From Candidatus Hodarchaeota archaeon (GTDB lineage Archaea; Asgardarchaeota; Heimdallarchaeia; Hodarchaeales; Hodarchaeaceae): a stretch of DNA of 52,783 nucleotides. Positions 1-9,871 of this stretch are shown here, piece after piece (position 1 is the first letter of the stretch; the number at the start of each line of letters is the position of its first letter). The position numbers and the translations under genes were made by a program. The stretch spans positions 1 through 52,783 of the forward strand of contig JAHQWW010000015.1 of NCBI GenBank assembly GCA_029856365.1, given 5' to 3'. The notes beneath the pieces were generated by a model, which was not told where the DNA came from, made no database searches, and saw only the letters and a program-made list of their open reading frames with translations.

Positions 1-432
1 AGATCTGCAAAAAAACAAGGAGAATTAGCTAGGATGAGTAAGAATCATGTGAAACTTGAATTATTCTGTTAAGCCAGAGAATCCATTGTACCTACCAGGG
101 CTTTTACCATCTTCCTTCCTATTGACACTAACAATGGGATTTATCCTTTACACTTGGATAAACTTACGAAAGCACTGGAAGAAAAGCCTTGATTATATCC
201 CTTTACTCGAGCTGATTGGTTTCTTTTTGTTGTATAAGCTAGCTACACCGTAGACTTGGCTTTATTACTTCCCTTGTTATATTGTAATTCAAGAAAAAAA
301 ATATTTAAAGACGAAACAAATTTTGGTACTACTCTTAATTACCTTTATAATTGCCTAATTCGATTTCATTGCATTAATAAAAGGTATAGGTAGACTTACA
401 GAAGTATTGAACAATATATTGTGGTAGGTTAA

Positions 433-1020
433 ATGCCTCAGAAGATTGAACGATGTGCTTGGGTTGGTTCAGATCCTTTAATGGTTGAGTATCATGATAA
501 AGAGTGGGGTGTCCCCATCCACGATGATAATGAACTATATGAGTTCCTCATTCTTGAAGGTGCTCAGGCTGGCTTAACCTGGTCAACCATTTTAACTCGA
601 CGAGAGGGGTATCGTAAAGCGTTTGCTAACTTTGATATTCAGAAAGTAGCTCTCTTTTCTGAAGAGGATTTTGAGAGATTAGTTCAAAATCCGGACATCA
701 TTCGGAACCGTCTAAAGGTTAAGAGCGCAATAAATAACGCGCAACAGGCTATTATTATTCAAAAAGAATTTGGCTCTTTTGATCAATACATATGGCAATT
801 TGTTAATTATCAACCTATTGATAATCAGTTTAAGCAGCTTGCAGATATTCCAGCCTCAACAGAATTATCTACTATCATGAGTAAAGACCTGAAAAAACGA
901 GGGTTCAACTTTGTTGGCCCAACCATTTGTTATGCCTATATGCAAACTATTGGTATGGTAAATGACCATTTAATCGATTGTTTTCGATACTCAGAGATCG
1001 TACATCTGTCTACTAGATAA
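433..1020 (+). CDS. tag: DNA-3-methyladenine glycosylase I
   Basis: RCAW...YHDKEWG, LEGAQAGLTW, IIRNRLK, FVGPTICYAYMQ..GMVNDHL..C motifs. Confidence 0.95.
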   Translation: MPQKIERCAWVGSDPLMVEYHDKEWGVPIHDDNELYEFLILEGAQAGLTWSTILTRREGYRKAFANFDIQKVALFSEEDFERLVQNPDIIRNRLKVKSAINNAQQAIIIQKEFGSFDQYIWQFVNYQPIDNQFKQLADIPASTELSTIMSKDLKKRGFNFVGPTICYAYMQTIGMVNDHLIDCFRYSEIVHLSTR

Positions 1021-1136
1021 AATTTCAAGCCAGAATCGTTTTTCCTAATTTATTGGTTGCACAATTTCTAGACCATTGCTGAAAGGAACAATGTATTCGA
1101 TTTGGCAATTATGGTATTGCTTTTGAATACCTAAGA

Positions 1137-1742
1137 TTATTTTCTGGAAAAATAACTAACATCTAGCCAACCAAAGAAAATCCCCCCCAGTAACCCAAAC
1201 AGATGGGAGATGAAATTAGTATCCTGACCTATAGTAATGAGAAAGAAAATAAGAAGCAAATAAAGAGATTTCCGTCTTTCATGTCTCGATTCACCCCGTA
1301 AGAGATAGTAAATTATTCCTAGAAGTCCAAAAATTGCTCCTGATGATCCAACAGAATTCATAGGAATTGATAGTAAGAACCAGAGGAGTGATCCCACATT
1401 ACCGACAAATCCACAAAAAATAAATCCCAAAACTAGAAATGAAGCCGATCTTAATTCTTCTAACCTGATTCCGAAGATAACTAAAAATAAGACGTTTGAG
1501 GCAAGATGAACAATATTTGCATGAATGAAAATTGCACTAAATAGCCGATAAAATTCCCCTTGCAGAACCTTTTCATTCTCGCCATATAGCTGAAAGACTT
1601 CAGAAGATTGGATAAAGAGATCATACGGAAATAGTAGCATAGTTGTAATATATATAACAATTAACGATATAGTCAAGAAAATTGTTCCTGAATACGGTGG
1701 TATTTTGTCTAAAATTTCATATTTCAGTTGTTTTGTTCGCAA
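1137..1742 (-). CDS. Rhomboid family intramembrane serine protease
   Basis: YRLFSAIFIH, HLASN, catalytic GSSG and SHLFG, multiple TM helices. Confidence 0.92.
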   Translation of the reverse strand: MRTKQLKYEILDKIPPYSGTIFLTISLIVIYITTMLLFPYDLFIQSSEVFQLYGENEKVLQGEFYRLFSAIFIHANIVHLASNVLFLVIFGIRLEELRSASFLVLGFIFCGFVGNVGSLLWFLLSIPMNSVGSSGAIFGLLGIIYYLLRGESRHERRKSLYLLLIFFLITIGQDTNFISHLFGLLGGIFFGWLDVSYFSRK

Positions 1743-2109
1743 CTTGTTATCACCAATTTAAATAACAAATTTCAGTGAAAAAGAACTTATTCAAAATCAT
1801 TCGTAATTAATTGTAGAACTCAAATCCTCAATAAATTTTTGAGCTTAAAGGCGATATTAAAATGTTATTCTTATTAAATCCATACAAATTCTTTTCAAAA
1901 AAAGTAACCGATTTAAGGTTATGTTGGAAGAAAAAATCTCCCTCGGCATATGAACTAGTAATTTTACTAAATGCAATTAGATTTAATGAGTAATTAACAC
2001 GCTCTCCAATCTTATAAGCATATTGATCAAGATGATACTTGAAGATGTTAGCTGCGAATACCATTCATCTGAAATCAAAATCAATTGCTACAATTAATTC
2101 ATTCAAACC

Positions 2110-3576
2110 TCACTTTAAATTATTCTTAGCGATCCGATCTAAGTCTTTTTTGAGCGTATCATCTATAGGGTGTTTAGGTGATCGTTCGCTGAGTTTAATA
2201 GCGATTTCTTTTGCTCTCTGTCGTGCTGACCTTTCACCGCTTAATTTCCACAAGTCACGGGTTTCTCTATTTATCACTTGGAACCCATCAACGATGAATG
2301 GAAGATAGAGCTCCTTTCGAAATAAGTCTAATGTTGTAGGGTGAGACAATAGAGAAACATTACTATCGTAGTCTTTGAGGATAGATTGGGCAAAAGGTTC
2401 ACCATAATCAATTATTCCTTGTGTGAAGCGTTTAACCATCCCTGCAATTTCATTATCAATAATGAGTTTTTCAAAACTCTGTGTCGATTCAAAATCTAAC
2501 ATACCTGGTCCAGCTATCATATTAATTCCAGCAAGCCCAGCTAACAGGGCTCCCATACCTCCTTCGAAACCAGCTTGAGCATCGGGGACTTTGGAATCAG
2601 ACAAATTCATATAAGCGTGTGTAGGGAGATTTAAAAACTTTCCTATTTGAGCATCTGCAATATTAATCATCATTGTTTCAATGGCACCCATCGGAGTCGT
2701 TCCATATTTCATATCAAATACAGTAGGAGACCCACCCCAAATGATAGGTGCGTTTCGTTTTGCCAATTGAGCAATAACAAGACCAGCTAAACTTTCCGCA
2801 GTATGTTGGGTGACACATCCAATTAATGTAATAGGAGCGGTAGAACCAGCAAGAGGCATACTTACAAACTCCGAAGGAATCCCACTTCTGGCTGCATCAA
2901 TCACACTTTGGGTTGTGAGGTTTGACCACATAAGCGGAGGACTTGGACAGGCATCAAAGATTGCCAATGGTTTTTCCGCTAATTTATCGCTCGAAGTTCT
3001 GGTCATTTCCAACAAGTCCCGCATTATCGCAAAACTTTCAGTTCGAAAAGTTCCTGTATCAATTGGTTTGGAACAGTTAAGGAGGCCCAGATATAAACGA
3101 TGCCAATCTTGCGCATCATTAGGGACATCTGAATAAACAATAGCTGTTGAGTGTGCCTCAAGATTTGGTAGATGGTCAACAATCTTTGAAAACTTAATGT
3201 AATCTGATGATAATGCTTCTCTTATAACTCCTGAGTTTAAATCTTGGACAAAAATTGCAGCTGATCCAGGATCAAAATGAATATGATCTTGTGATAGCTG
3301 AATTACCTCCTTCTCTTCTCTATCGAATAATCTGATTTCTGAAGGAGCATAATGCCGTAATTTTTCAATTAAATCATCAGGAATAAAGTATCTTGAATTC
3401 TCATATTCAACTCCTTCCTCTTGTAACAATTTTCGTGCTTCATAGTTTTCAATCTCGACTCCTAGAGTTTGAAGAATATCTTTTGCTTCTTGATAGATCT
3501 TTTTTTTGTATTCATTTGTTAACAATTCAACTTTTGGTCGTAAAATAGTCAATGAATTATCCTCCTCGGAGTTCAT
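2110..3576 (-). CDS. MttB-superfamily (non-pyrrolysine) corrinoid methyltransferase, trimethylamine/glycine betaine type
   Basis: SPPL, MPLAGSTAPITL.G, HTAESLAGLVIAQL, SDSKVPDAQAGFE, LIIDNEI; no in-frame TAG. Confidence 0.88.
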   Translation of the reverse strand: MNSEEDNSLTILRPKVELLTNEYKKKIYQEAKDILQTLGVEIENYEARKLLQEEGVEYENSRYFIPDDLIEKLRHYAPSEIRLFDREEKEVIQLSQDHIHFDPGSAAIFVQDLNSGVIREALSSDYIKFSKIVDHLPNLEAHSTAIVYSDVPNDAQDWHRLYLGLLNCSKPIDTGTFRTESFAIMRDLLEMTRTSSDKLAEKPLAIFDACPSPPLMWSNLTTQSVIDAARSGIPSEFVSMPLAGSTAPITLIGCVTQHTAESLAGLVIAQLAKRNAPIIWGGSPTVFDMKYGTTPMGAIETMMINIADAQIGKFLNLPTHAYMNLSDSKVPDAQAGFEGGMGALLAGLAGINMIAGPGMLDFESTQSFEKLIIDNEIAGMVKRFTQGIIDYGEPFAQSILKDYDSNVSLLSHPTTLDLFRKELYLPFIVDGFQVINRETRDLWKLSGERSARQRAKEIAIKLSERSPKHPIDDTLKKDLDRIAKNNLK

Positions 3577-3737
3577 CGATATTGTTCAAACTAGTGTAAA
3601 ATTAAATTCCTATTAATAAATCAAGTTAGTTTGCAATTGTGGATACCTAAAAAAAGAATTCAGTCAAATCATTCATTATAATCGTCCTTCATTCTCCTAT
3701 CAGAGTCATTCTTTCTCACTTGTTAAGTCAAAAAGAC

Positions 3738-3780
3738 ACCCAATACACATTTTTATAAAAAATGTTTATGTGTATTGGGT
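3738..3780. promoter_or_regulatory. Perfect 13-bp inverted repeat flanking a TATA-like palindrome (putative operator)
   Basis: ACCCAATACACAT (3738-3750), 17-bp spacer containing TTTTATAAAA, ATGTGTATTGGGT (3768-3780), between divergent genes. Confidence 0.55.
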
Positions 3781-4212
3781 TAATTATAAAAACCAATTCG
3801 TAAAGAATTTAGGAATTCAGAATCGAACAGCTACAACATTCAAATACGCGATTATAGGAATATACGGAGGTTCGTGTGTAATACCAACGTTATGTGACAG
3901 TTCAGAAAAAATATCCAAGAAATTAATATTATTCTTTTCCTGAATTCACCAATCTAGGAAATGAACAAACCAAAATAAAGGTGAAATAACTTTCTGCTTG
4001 AGCACTCCCTACTGTCTTTCCACACTTCAGACAAAAATTATTTGTTACTGCCAACAGGCGAATAAAAGGGGAATGACCAGTAAGATCATCATATGTCAAT
4101 ATTCTAATTTCAGAATTAATAGAAAGAAATCTTTAACTCTAATGGAAACATTATTATGGCAGTGAAAATTTATCATTTTGATAATTAATCTTAAAATTAT
4201 GGAAGCTAGTAA

Positions 4213-5169
4213 ATGGATTTAGTGGACAAGTCTCTTCTCTTTGAATTGGAGAGAAATTGCCGCATTGCTTTTACTGAATTGTCGAATATTCTTAATATCC
4301 CTATTGATGAAGTTGGTTCTCGAACTCAACAATTAGTAAGAGATCACATTATACTTAAATTCACTGTTGTTCCGCAACCCATTCTCTTTGGGGCTAAACA
4401 AGCTATTATATTCTTCCGGTCTAGCAAACCAATAGATTTAGCACGTATCAATTCTTTAGGAATTCACCCAACTGTTGAGTTCCTCTCTATCGGGCAAAAT
4501 ATAGAAGGATTTGCCCTCATACATTATCGGACTCTCAGCGAATTGTTTTCAGTAGTGAAATACTTCCAAAAAGTGGGCTCCTTTGAGGATATCAGGGCAT
4601 TTCAAGTCCAACCATTAAGAGCTCAAAAAAAACCCACAAAGGATATCTATACTTTACAGGACATCGATTGGTTGATACTCTGCCATCTTCGAGAACAGGG
4701 GCGATTAAGCCTTATTGATCTGTCTACAAGAACTAATATTGCTGTAGAAACGTTAGTAGAACGGTTACAATATATGCGTGATAATCACCTTATCCAGGAA
4801 ACCATTCATATAAACCCTGCGAAGACTGCGAAGGAGACATGGACCATTTTTAGTTTAAAATTGACAATCTTCACCGAACCCTTGCATGAGGAACTATCTC
4901 GAGAATTAGAGGCTTTACCTTCGTACTGGCGTACGAACACTTGGAGAGTGGAAGAGAAACCCATCTTACTCTTGGGATTTCTTTGCTCTTCTTACAATGA
5001 AGTCGAAAAAATTCAGAACTGGTTATCAGAGACCCCAGGTCTTATCAGTATCGAGAAAATCATGGGAGGCGTTACATATTATTTCCCCGATTTTCGGGAT
5101 GAGTTATTGGAAGAGAAACGGAGTGCTGACTGGTTCAAACCAGAGGAATGGGTGAGTAAGAAGAGTTAA
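4213..5169 (+). CDS. Lrp/AsnC-type transcriptional regulator with duplicated wHTH-effector modules
   Basis: Two copies of the AsnC HTH pattern (MDLVDKSLLFELERNCRIAFTELS; LQDIDWLILCHLREQGRLSLIDLS). Confidence 0.8.
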   Translation: MDLVDKSLLFELERNCRIAFTELSNILNIPIDEVGSRTQQLVRDHIILKFTVVPQPILFGAKQAIIFFRSSKPIDLARINSLGIHPTVEFLSIGQNIEGFALIHYRTLSELFSVVKYFQKVGSFEDIRAFQVQPLRAQKKPTKDIYTLQDIDWLILCHLREQGRLSLIDLSTRTNIAVETLVERLQYMRDNHLIQETIHINPAKTAKETWTIFSLKLTIFTEPLHEELSRELEALPSYWRTNTWRVEEKPILLLGFLCSSYNEVEKIQNWLSETPGLISIEKIMGGVTYYFPDFRDELLEEKRSADWFKPEEWVSKKS

Positions 5170-5267
5170 GGAATTGGAGAGTGGGCCTTCAGTCGACTGG
5201 TCTCCTGAAAGCCACATGGGTTCCGTAGTTTCTCTTTATACAAGCCCATTAATTTTATAATTACTTC

Positions 5268-5930
5268 TTATAGTTGAAGATTATCTCTTGCAGTAGCGAT
5301 TTTAATCAAAGTGAGTGTTTCATGGATTGCAGAAATAACAGGGCTAGAAGTTTCTGCTGATAACATCTGGCGAAGTTCCATTTTCAGTTGAGGATCCCCG
5401 TCCTCTAGTAAACCCAAGCCAACAACTGCGCCAGTTCTTACAGCTGGGGAAGAATCTGTTCTAGCAAGTTCTAATAGCATTTTTTTTGCTTGAATTATTT
5501 TCAATCGTCCGCAGGCGCGAGCACACCGATCACGAAATTCTGGTTCGGGTGCATTTAGAAAATTCATCATTTTTTTGGTAATAATTTGGCTGGTAATTCC
5601 GATAAAACTTAAGGCAGCTATTGTGTTACTACGTACAGATAATTCTGGGTCATCTAGTAGTGGTTCTATAATTGGGATAGCAATCTTACCTTCCAAGAAT
5701 GCCAGAGCCATAACTGTTTCGCAACGAACTTCAGCTACTGGGTCAAATAACGCTTCTTCTAGTTTGGAGTGAATTATAACTGGAAGATCTTTAATTAGAA
5801 GGTTCATTTGTCCAAGACGCTTGATTGCTTCTGCTCTCTCACAAGGATTCTTCGAGTCCATTTCTTGGATTATTTGGTTTAGTTGTTTTTTACTTCGATT
5901 ATTCATGGAATCAGAATTCAGTCTTATCAT
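5268..5930 (-). CDS. HEAT-repeat (PBS lyase-like) protein
   Basis: Repeated D....VR..A..ALG-type helical pairs. Confidence 0.85.
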   Translation of the reverse strand: MIRLNSDSMNNRSKKQLNQIIQEMDSKNPCERAEAIKRLGQMNLLIKDLPVIIHSKLEEALFDPVAEVRCETVMALAFLEGKIAIPIIEPLLDDPELSVRSNTIAALSFIGITSQIITKKMMNFLNAPEPEFRDRCARACGRLKIIQAKKMLLELARTDSSPAVRTGAVVGLGLLEDGDPQLKMELRQMLSAETSSPVISAIHETLTLIKIATARDNLQL

Positions 5931-6035
5931 CGCCTAATGAAGTTTTAATTATTTTTTCTCTAAAAACGCTTGCTTTAATGCAAAAATGTTTCAGAGTAGT
6001 ATTAAATGAAAGAGAGATATACATATGCAGAGATA

Positions 6036-6740
6036 TTAGATAAGTCCTCGCGCCTTCAATTTTTCCCTTATAAAGGGGTACAGAATTAATTGTTCAATTT
6101 CCAATTGTTTTGGTGTTATTACCGTCTTCAGTTCGCTAATCTCCAATGAAGTAAAGAACTCCGCCATGATTGCAACGTTAAATCGCAATGTGGATTGTTG
6201 TAATAATTTGATGGTGTGGAGCTGGGCATTGAAAAGGTCAATGGGCGCTCCAGTCACCTTCGTAAAAAGGGAACGCCCTGCTTTTAAACTGACCCGTACA
6301 TAAGGGGGATATGGTACACCTTCAAGTTCCTGGATATAGGAGGAACCAGAGAGTAGAGTGCCATTCGTCTCTAAGATAAACAGAATATCGTCTGGTATTT
6401 GCTGCAGCACCGCTAACAAATGCTCTTTACACAGAGTGGGTTCACCTCCACTAAGGCGCATACGGTGACACTTATGTTTCTTAGCGAGTTCCAATAATGC
6501 TTTGACTACTTGATTAGCAGAGTACCACGCCCCCTTTCGTGGATGCCACGCGGTCTTCTGTGACCAGCAATAAACACATCGCAAGTTACACCCAACCACA
6601 TCAGCAGTGACAATTCCACCGTAAAACTGGCTAGAATACCGAAATCTATAGTATTTTCTCTGGTGTTGATTTGGAAGCTCTTCCTGACACACTTGGATTA
6701 TCCTTTTGCTCATCAGGCGTTGTGACTCGTTCGGTTCCAT
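6036..6740 (-). CDS. Radical SAM protein (small archaeal type)
   Basis: CNLRCVYC cluster motif, SGGEPT, LETNG. Confidence 0.9.
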   Translation of the reverse strand: MEPNESQRLMSKRIIQVCQEELPNQHQRKYYRFRYSSQFYGGIVTADVVGCNLRCVYCWSQKTAWHPRKGAWYSANQVVKALLELAKKHKCHRMRLSGGEPTLCKEHLLAVLQQIPDDILFILETNGTLLSGSSYIQELEGVPYPPYVRVSLKAGRSLFTKVTGAPIDLFNAQLHTIKLLQQSTLRFNVAIMAEFFTSLEISELKTVITPKQLEIEQLILYPFIREKLKARGLI

Positions 6741-7031
6741 AGATACCAGCTAATTTTTTTCGTGATATAACGAATTTATCTATTATAAAAGCTTCCTCCA
6801 GAATAGTCATTTGAAAAAGTATGTTAAACGAGAAATCACCTCAAACATCAATACACAAGTGTTGTGGATATTGAATTTCATGACCTAGATGAGGAATAGG
6901 AGTGGGATTGAGGGAATAACATTATACCATTGATTAGGATTTACTGAGCTCTTAGAGGTTTGTCAGTAAAAAGTGATATATTGCACTAAAAATTCATCTT
7001 AAATATAATCACTTGAGTAGTAGAACCGCTA

Positions 7032-8167
7032 GTGGAGACGTTGAAAAGAAATGAAATCTTTATTCTTTTAATGTTATTTTCTCTATTATCAGCATTTTTG
7101 GTTACAGCTTTCATCCTAATGAATGAGACAGGTGAATCTGAAATGGTTCCTAAATTTGAAGATCATATCCTACAAAAAGGATTAAATGGTCCTCTCTATG
7201 TGTCAACTATAGATTTAGACCAGGATACTGATGCTGATATTTTAGCAACAATCTTTCACGAGAACAAAGTTGTATGGTATGAGAATAAAGGGAATAAAAG
7301 TTTTCACGAACATGTTATTGATAATGATTGTAAACAAGCAACTTGTATTCATGGAACTGATCTTGATAATGATGGTGACATTGATATCATTGCCTCCTCT
7401 AGTGTAGAAGGGATTTTTTATTACAAAAATCTTGGAACACCTATTTTAAACGGTTTACACTTAATGAATCCCTAGTTGATTGTTTTATTATCATTCTTGT
7501 CGATGGTAATGATGATAACCTTATTGACATAGTTGGTGCACGAAGAACGAGTATTACTGCCTTATGGATTAATCATGGCAATTTTAGTTTTACTCGACAT
7601 ACATTAACTGATAATCCAAATATGATCAGATACATGTGTTCTGCAGACCTAGATAATGATAAAGACATTGATATAGTACTAATATCCGTTAATGGGTATG
7701 TATTCTGGTTAGAAAATCAAGGTACTGTCAATTTCCTACAACATAATATTGAATCAGGTTATTTGGGAGGTCACGGAATTTATGCATGTGATTTTGATAA
7801 AGATGATGATATAGATATAATTACGTGTGCAAGTGATATTAATGAAGTTAATTGGTTTGAAAATAATGGTAGTGGTAATTTTTCAAAAAATAATATAGAT
7901 AATCAAACTCTCGAACCTGGATATGTTCATTGTTCTGACATAAATAATAATGGATATATAGATATTATTGGAATGTCGTTTGAGTTAAAACAATTGTACT
8001 GGTGGCAACATAAAGGGAATAATAGTTTTGTTCGTCACATCATACACGACTCTTATGCAGGTACTATATGTAAAACCGTAGACATTGACAACGATGGAGA
8101 CATGGATATATTTGTTAGTGATTATATCAATGGAATTATCTATTAGTGGGAAAATCTTCTAATTTGA
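7032..8167 (+). pseudogene. FG-GAP/VCBS-repeat membrane-anchored protein, disrupted by a frameshift near 7436 and a TAG at 8144
   Basis: DLDNDGDIDI...WYEN.G repeats in both ORF fragments; the frame from 7436 is open and repeat-like up to 7622; IY*WEN at the end where W is expected. Confidence 0.8.
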
Positions 8168-8267
8168 TGTTAACTAGCAATGGAAAAATGAATAAAGTAG
8201 GGAGCGATGATGTTATCTAGAGAAATCGTTCTAATTGGCTTAAATCTTTGAATTAGAATCCTGAAGG

Positions 8268-8888
8268 TCAATGAACCAACAATTTAGGTTTTTTTTCAGG
8301 TGAGTTAACATGTACTATAGCAGAAGCTTTGTCTGCCACAGTAATTAATTCACGAAGAATTTCTTGAGAGATACTCGGATTTTTAAATTCATTGAGAGCA
8401 TTATATTGTTCTAGAAATTCTTCCTTTGAAAGGTTTTGATCACGTAACATACCTAATAAATGATAACAACGTGTGGGTCTCTCAACCCATCGCATTATCT
8501 CATCTCCCTCTTCATCAGCAAAGATAACTAATGGAATTTTTTTTCTTCCAACAGTTGTATAGAATCTCTCTACTTCTTCCGTAAAATTATCTCGAGGGAC
8601 AATTCTAAAATCCCAGTTGTTGCATTCTTCAGCAAGTCTAGCTATAACAGGCACTCCGTTTGCACAGTCACCACACCAATTCTCAGCAATGCAAAGGACA
8701 AGTAATTTTTCATTTAATGAGGAGATTTGAGTCAAAGGTATTTTTTTTACTTCCTTTGCTAAGATAAACCAACTTTCTTTCATCCTTTCCACATGATAAT
8801 CATTTTTTTTGGTGTATTCCTCATAGGAAATTTCACTTGCAAACATTTTATTAAAAATTTCTCGTTTTCTCATTTCTAAACACATCAA
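8268..8888 (-). CDS. Thioredoxin family protein
   Basis: WCGDC active site, KIP cis-Pro region, WVERP. Confidence 0.85.
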   Translation of the reverse strand: MMCLEMRKREIFNKMFASEISYEEYTKKNDYHVERMKESWFILAKEVKKIPLTQISSLNEKLLVLCIAENWCGDCANGVPVIARLAEECNNWDFRIVPRDNFTEEVERFYTTVGRKKIPLVIFADEEGDEIMRWVERPTRCYHLLGMLRDQNLSKEEFLEQYNALNEFKNPSISQEILRELITVADKASAIVHVNSPEKKPKLLVH

Positions 8889-9019
8889 AAATACTTTTTA
8901 TGAAAATCTTTGATATTATGAAATAAATCTCAGCAAATAAACCACAATAAGATGATTGAAATCTCCTTTAGATCTGAATTTGGTGAGAATACAAAATCTA
9001 AATAAGATCGATCTTTTTA

Positions 9020-9039
9020 CTACTAATAGTAATTAGTAG
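9020..9039. promoter_or_regulatory. Putative TrmB operator
   Basis: TACT-AAT-AGTA (9021-9031) matches TACT-N3-AGTA; nested in the 8-bp inverted repeat CTACTAAT-AGTA-ATTAGTAG just upstream of the TrmB-family gene. Confidence 0.55.
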
Positions 9040-9066
9040 AAAAAATCAAAGAATAAGGAAAAGACC

Positions 9067-9858
9067 TTGACAAACATCAAATCTGATAGATCTGTTTTAC
9101 AACAAGATTTAAGCTCCGAAAAATTATTAAACTTGATGACAACAGTAGGACTTTCGCTATCTCAAGCACGGATATACCTAGAATTAATAAAAATTAAAGA
9201 ATCCACAGCTGGTGATCTTTGTAAAGCAACAGGAGTAAAGGATTCTAGAATTTATAATATATTAACCGAACTCGAACAGCTAGGGCTTATAATGGTTCAG
9301 ACCTCTACCCCAAAGCTTTATATGGTCGTACCTTTAGCTGAAGGACTTCATACTCTTCAAGAACGGTTAGAGAAGGATTTCAATCAAAGGAAGGCCACTA
9401 TTAAGGAGCTTAATCTTCGATTGACTCCTTTATTTGAATCCATTGTCTCAATTCCATCAGCTGTAGCGTTAATAGTTAAAGGTAAAAAGAATATCGTCAA
9501 TAAAATTCATTATGAGTTATCCAAAGTTGAGGAGGAGATTCTTATCCGTTTTCCTAATTACAAACTTTATTTTGAATTTGAACCTGTCTTACTAGATTTA
9601 CAAACTGCTGGAATACGGATAGATGCTGGATTATGTCAAATGTCACTTAAGCAATTACAAGAGGAATCAAATCGGATCCCTGAACTCCCGTTAACCATCT
9701 GCAAACAATGTTGTGATTGCTTTTATTTAATGATTGATCAAAACTATTTACTTTCTGTTTCTAACTGGCATTCAACTAATGTTTACGCCATTTGGACATC
9801 TGATACAAGTTTAATTAATATCACCTCCTTCTTTAGTAGCTCCAATGTGGTACAGTGA
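9067..9858 (+). CDS. TrmB family transcriptional regulator
   Basis: GLS..QARIYL.L, ATGV..SRIY.IL..LE..GL, P.LY..VP wHTH plus coiled coil and effector domain. Confidence 0.88.
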   Translation: MTNIKSDRSVLQQDLSSEKLLNLMTTVGLSLSQARIYLELIKIKESTAGDLCKATGVKDSRIYNILTELEQLGLIMVQTSTPKLYMVVPLAEGLHTLQERLEKDFNQRKATIKELNLRLTPLFESIVSIPSAVALIVKGKKNIVNKIHYELSKVEEEILIRFPNYKLYFEFEPVLLDLQTAGIRIDAGLCQMSLKQLQEESNRIPELPLTICKQCCDCFYLMIDQNYLLSVSNWHSTNVYAIWTSDTSLINITSFFSSSNVVQ

Positions 9859-9871
9859 GGAGATCAGGGTA

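Noticed and set aside
1-253. ORF 56..253 and a frame-1 reading with an internal TAA
   Set aside because: No recognisable motif and truncated by the window edge, so the frame cannot be decided.
1828-2106. Short minus-strand ORF downstream of mttB, extendable through a TGA (MNELIVAIDFDFR*MVF...)
   Set aside because: Possibly a decayed gene, but unassignable; no SECIS-like element or selenoprotein context to suggest Sec readthrough.
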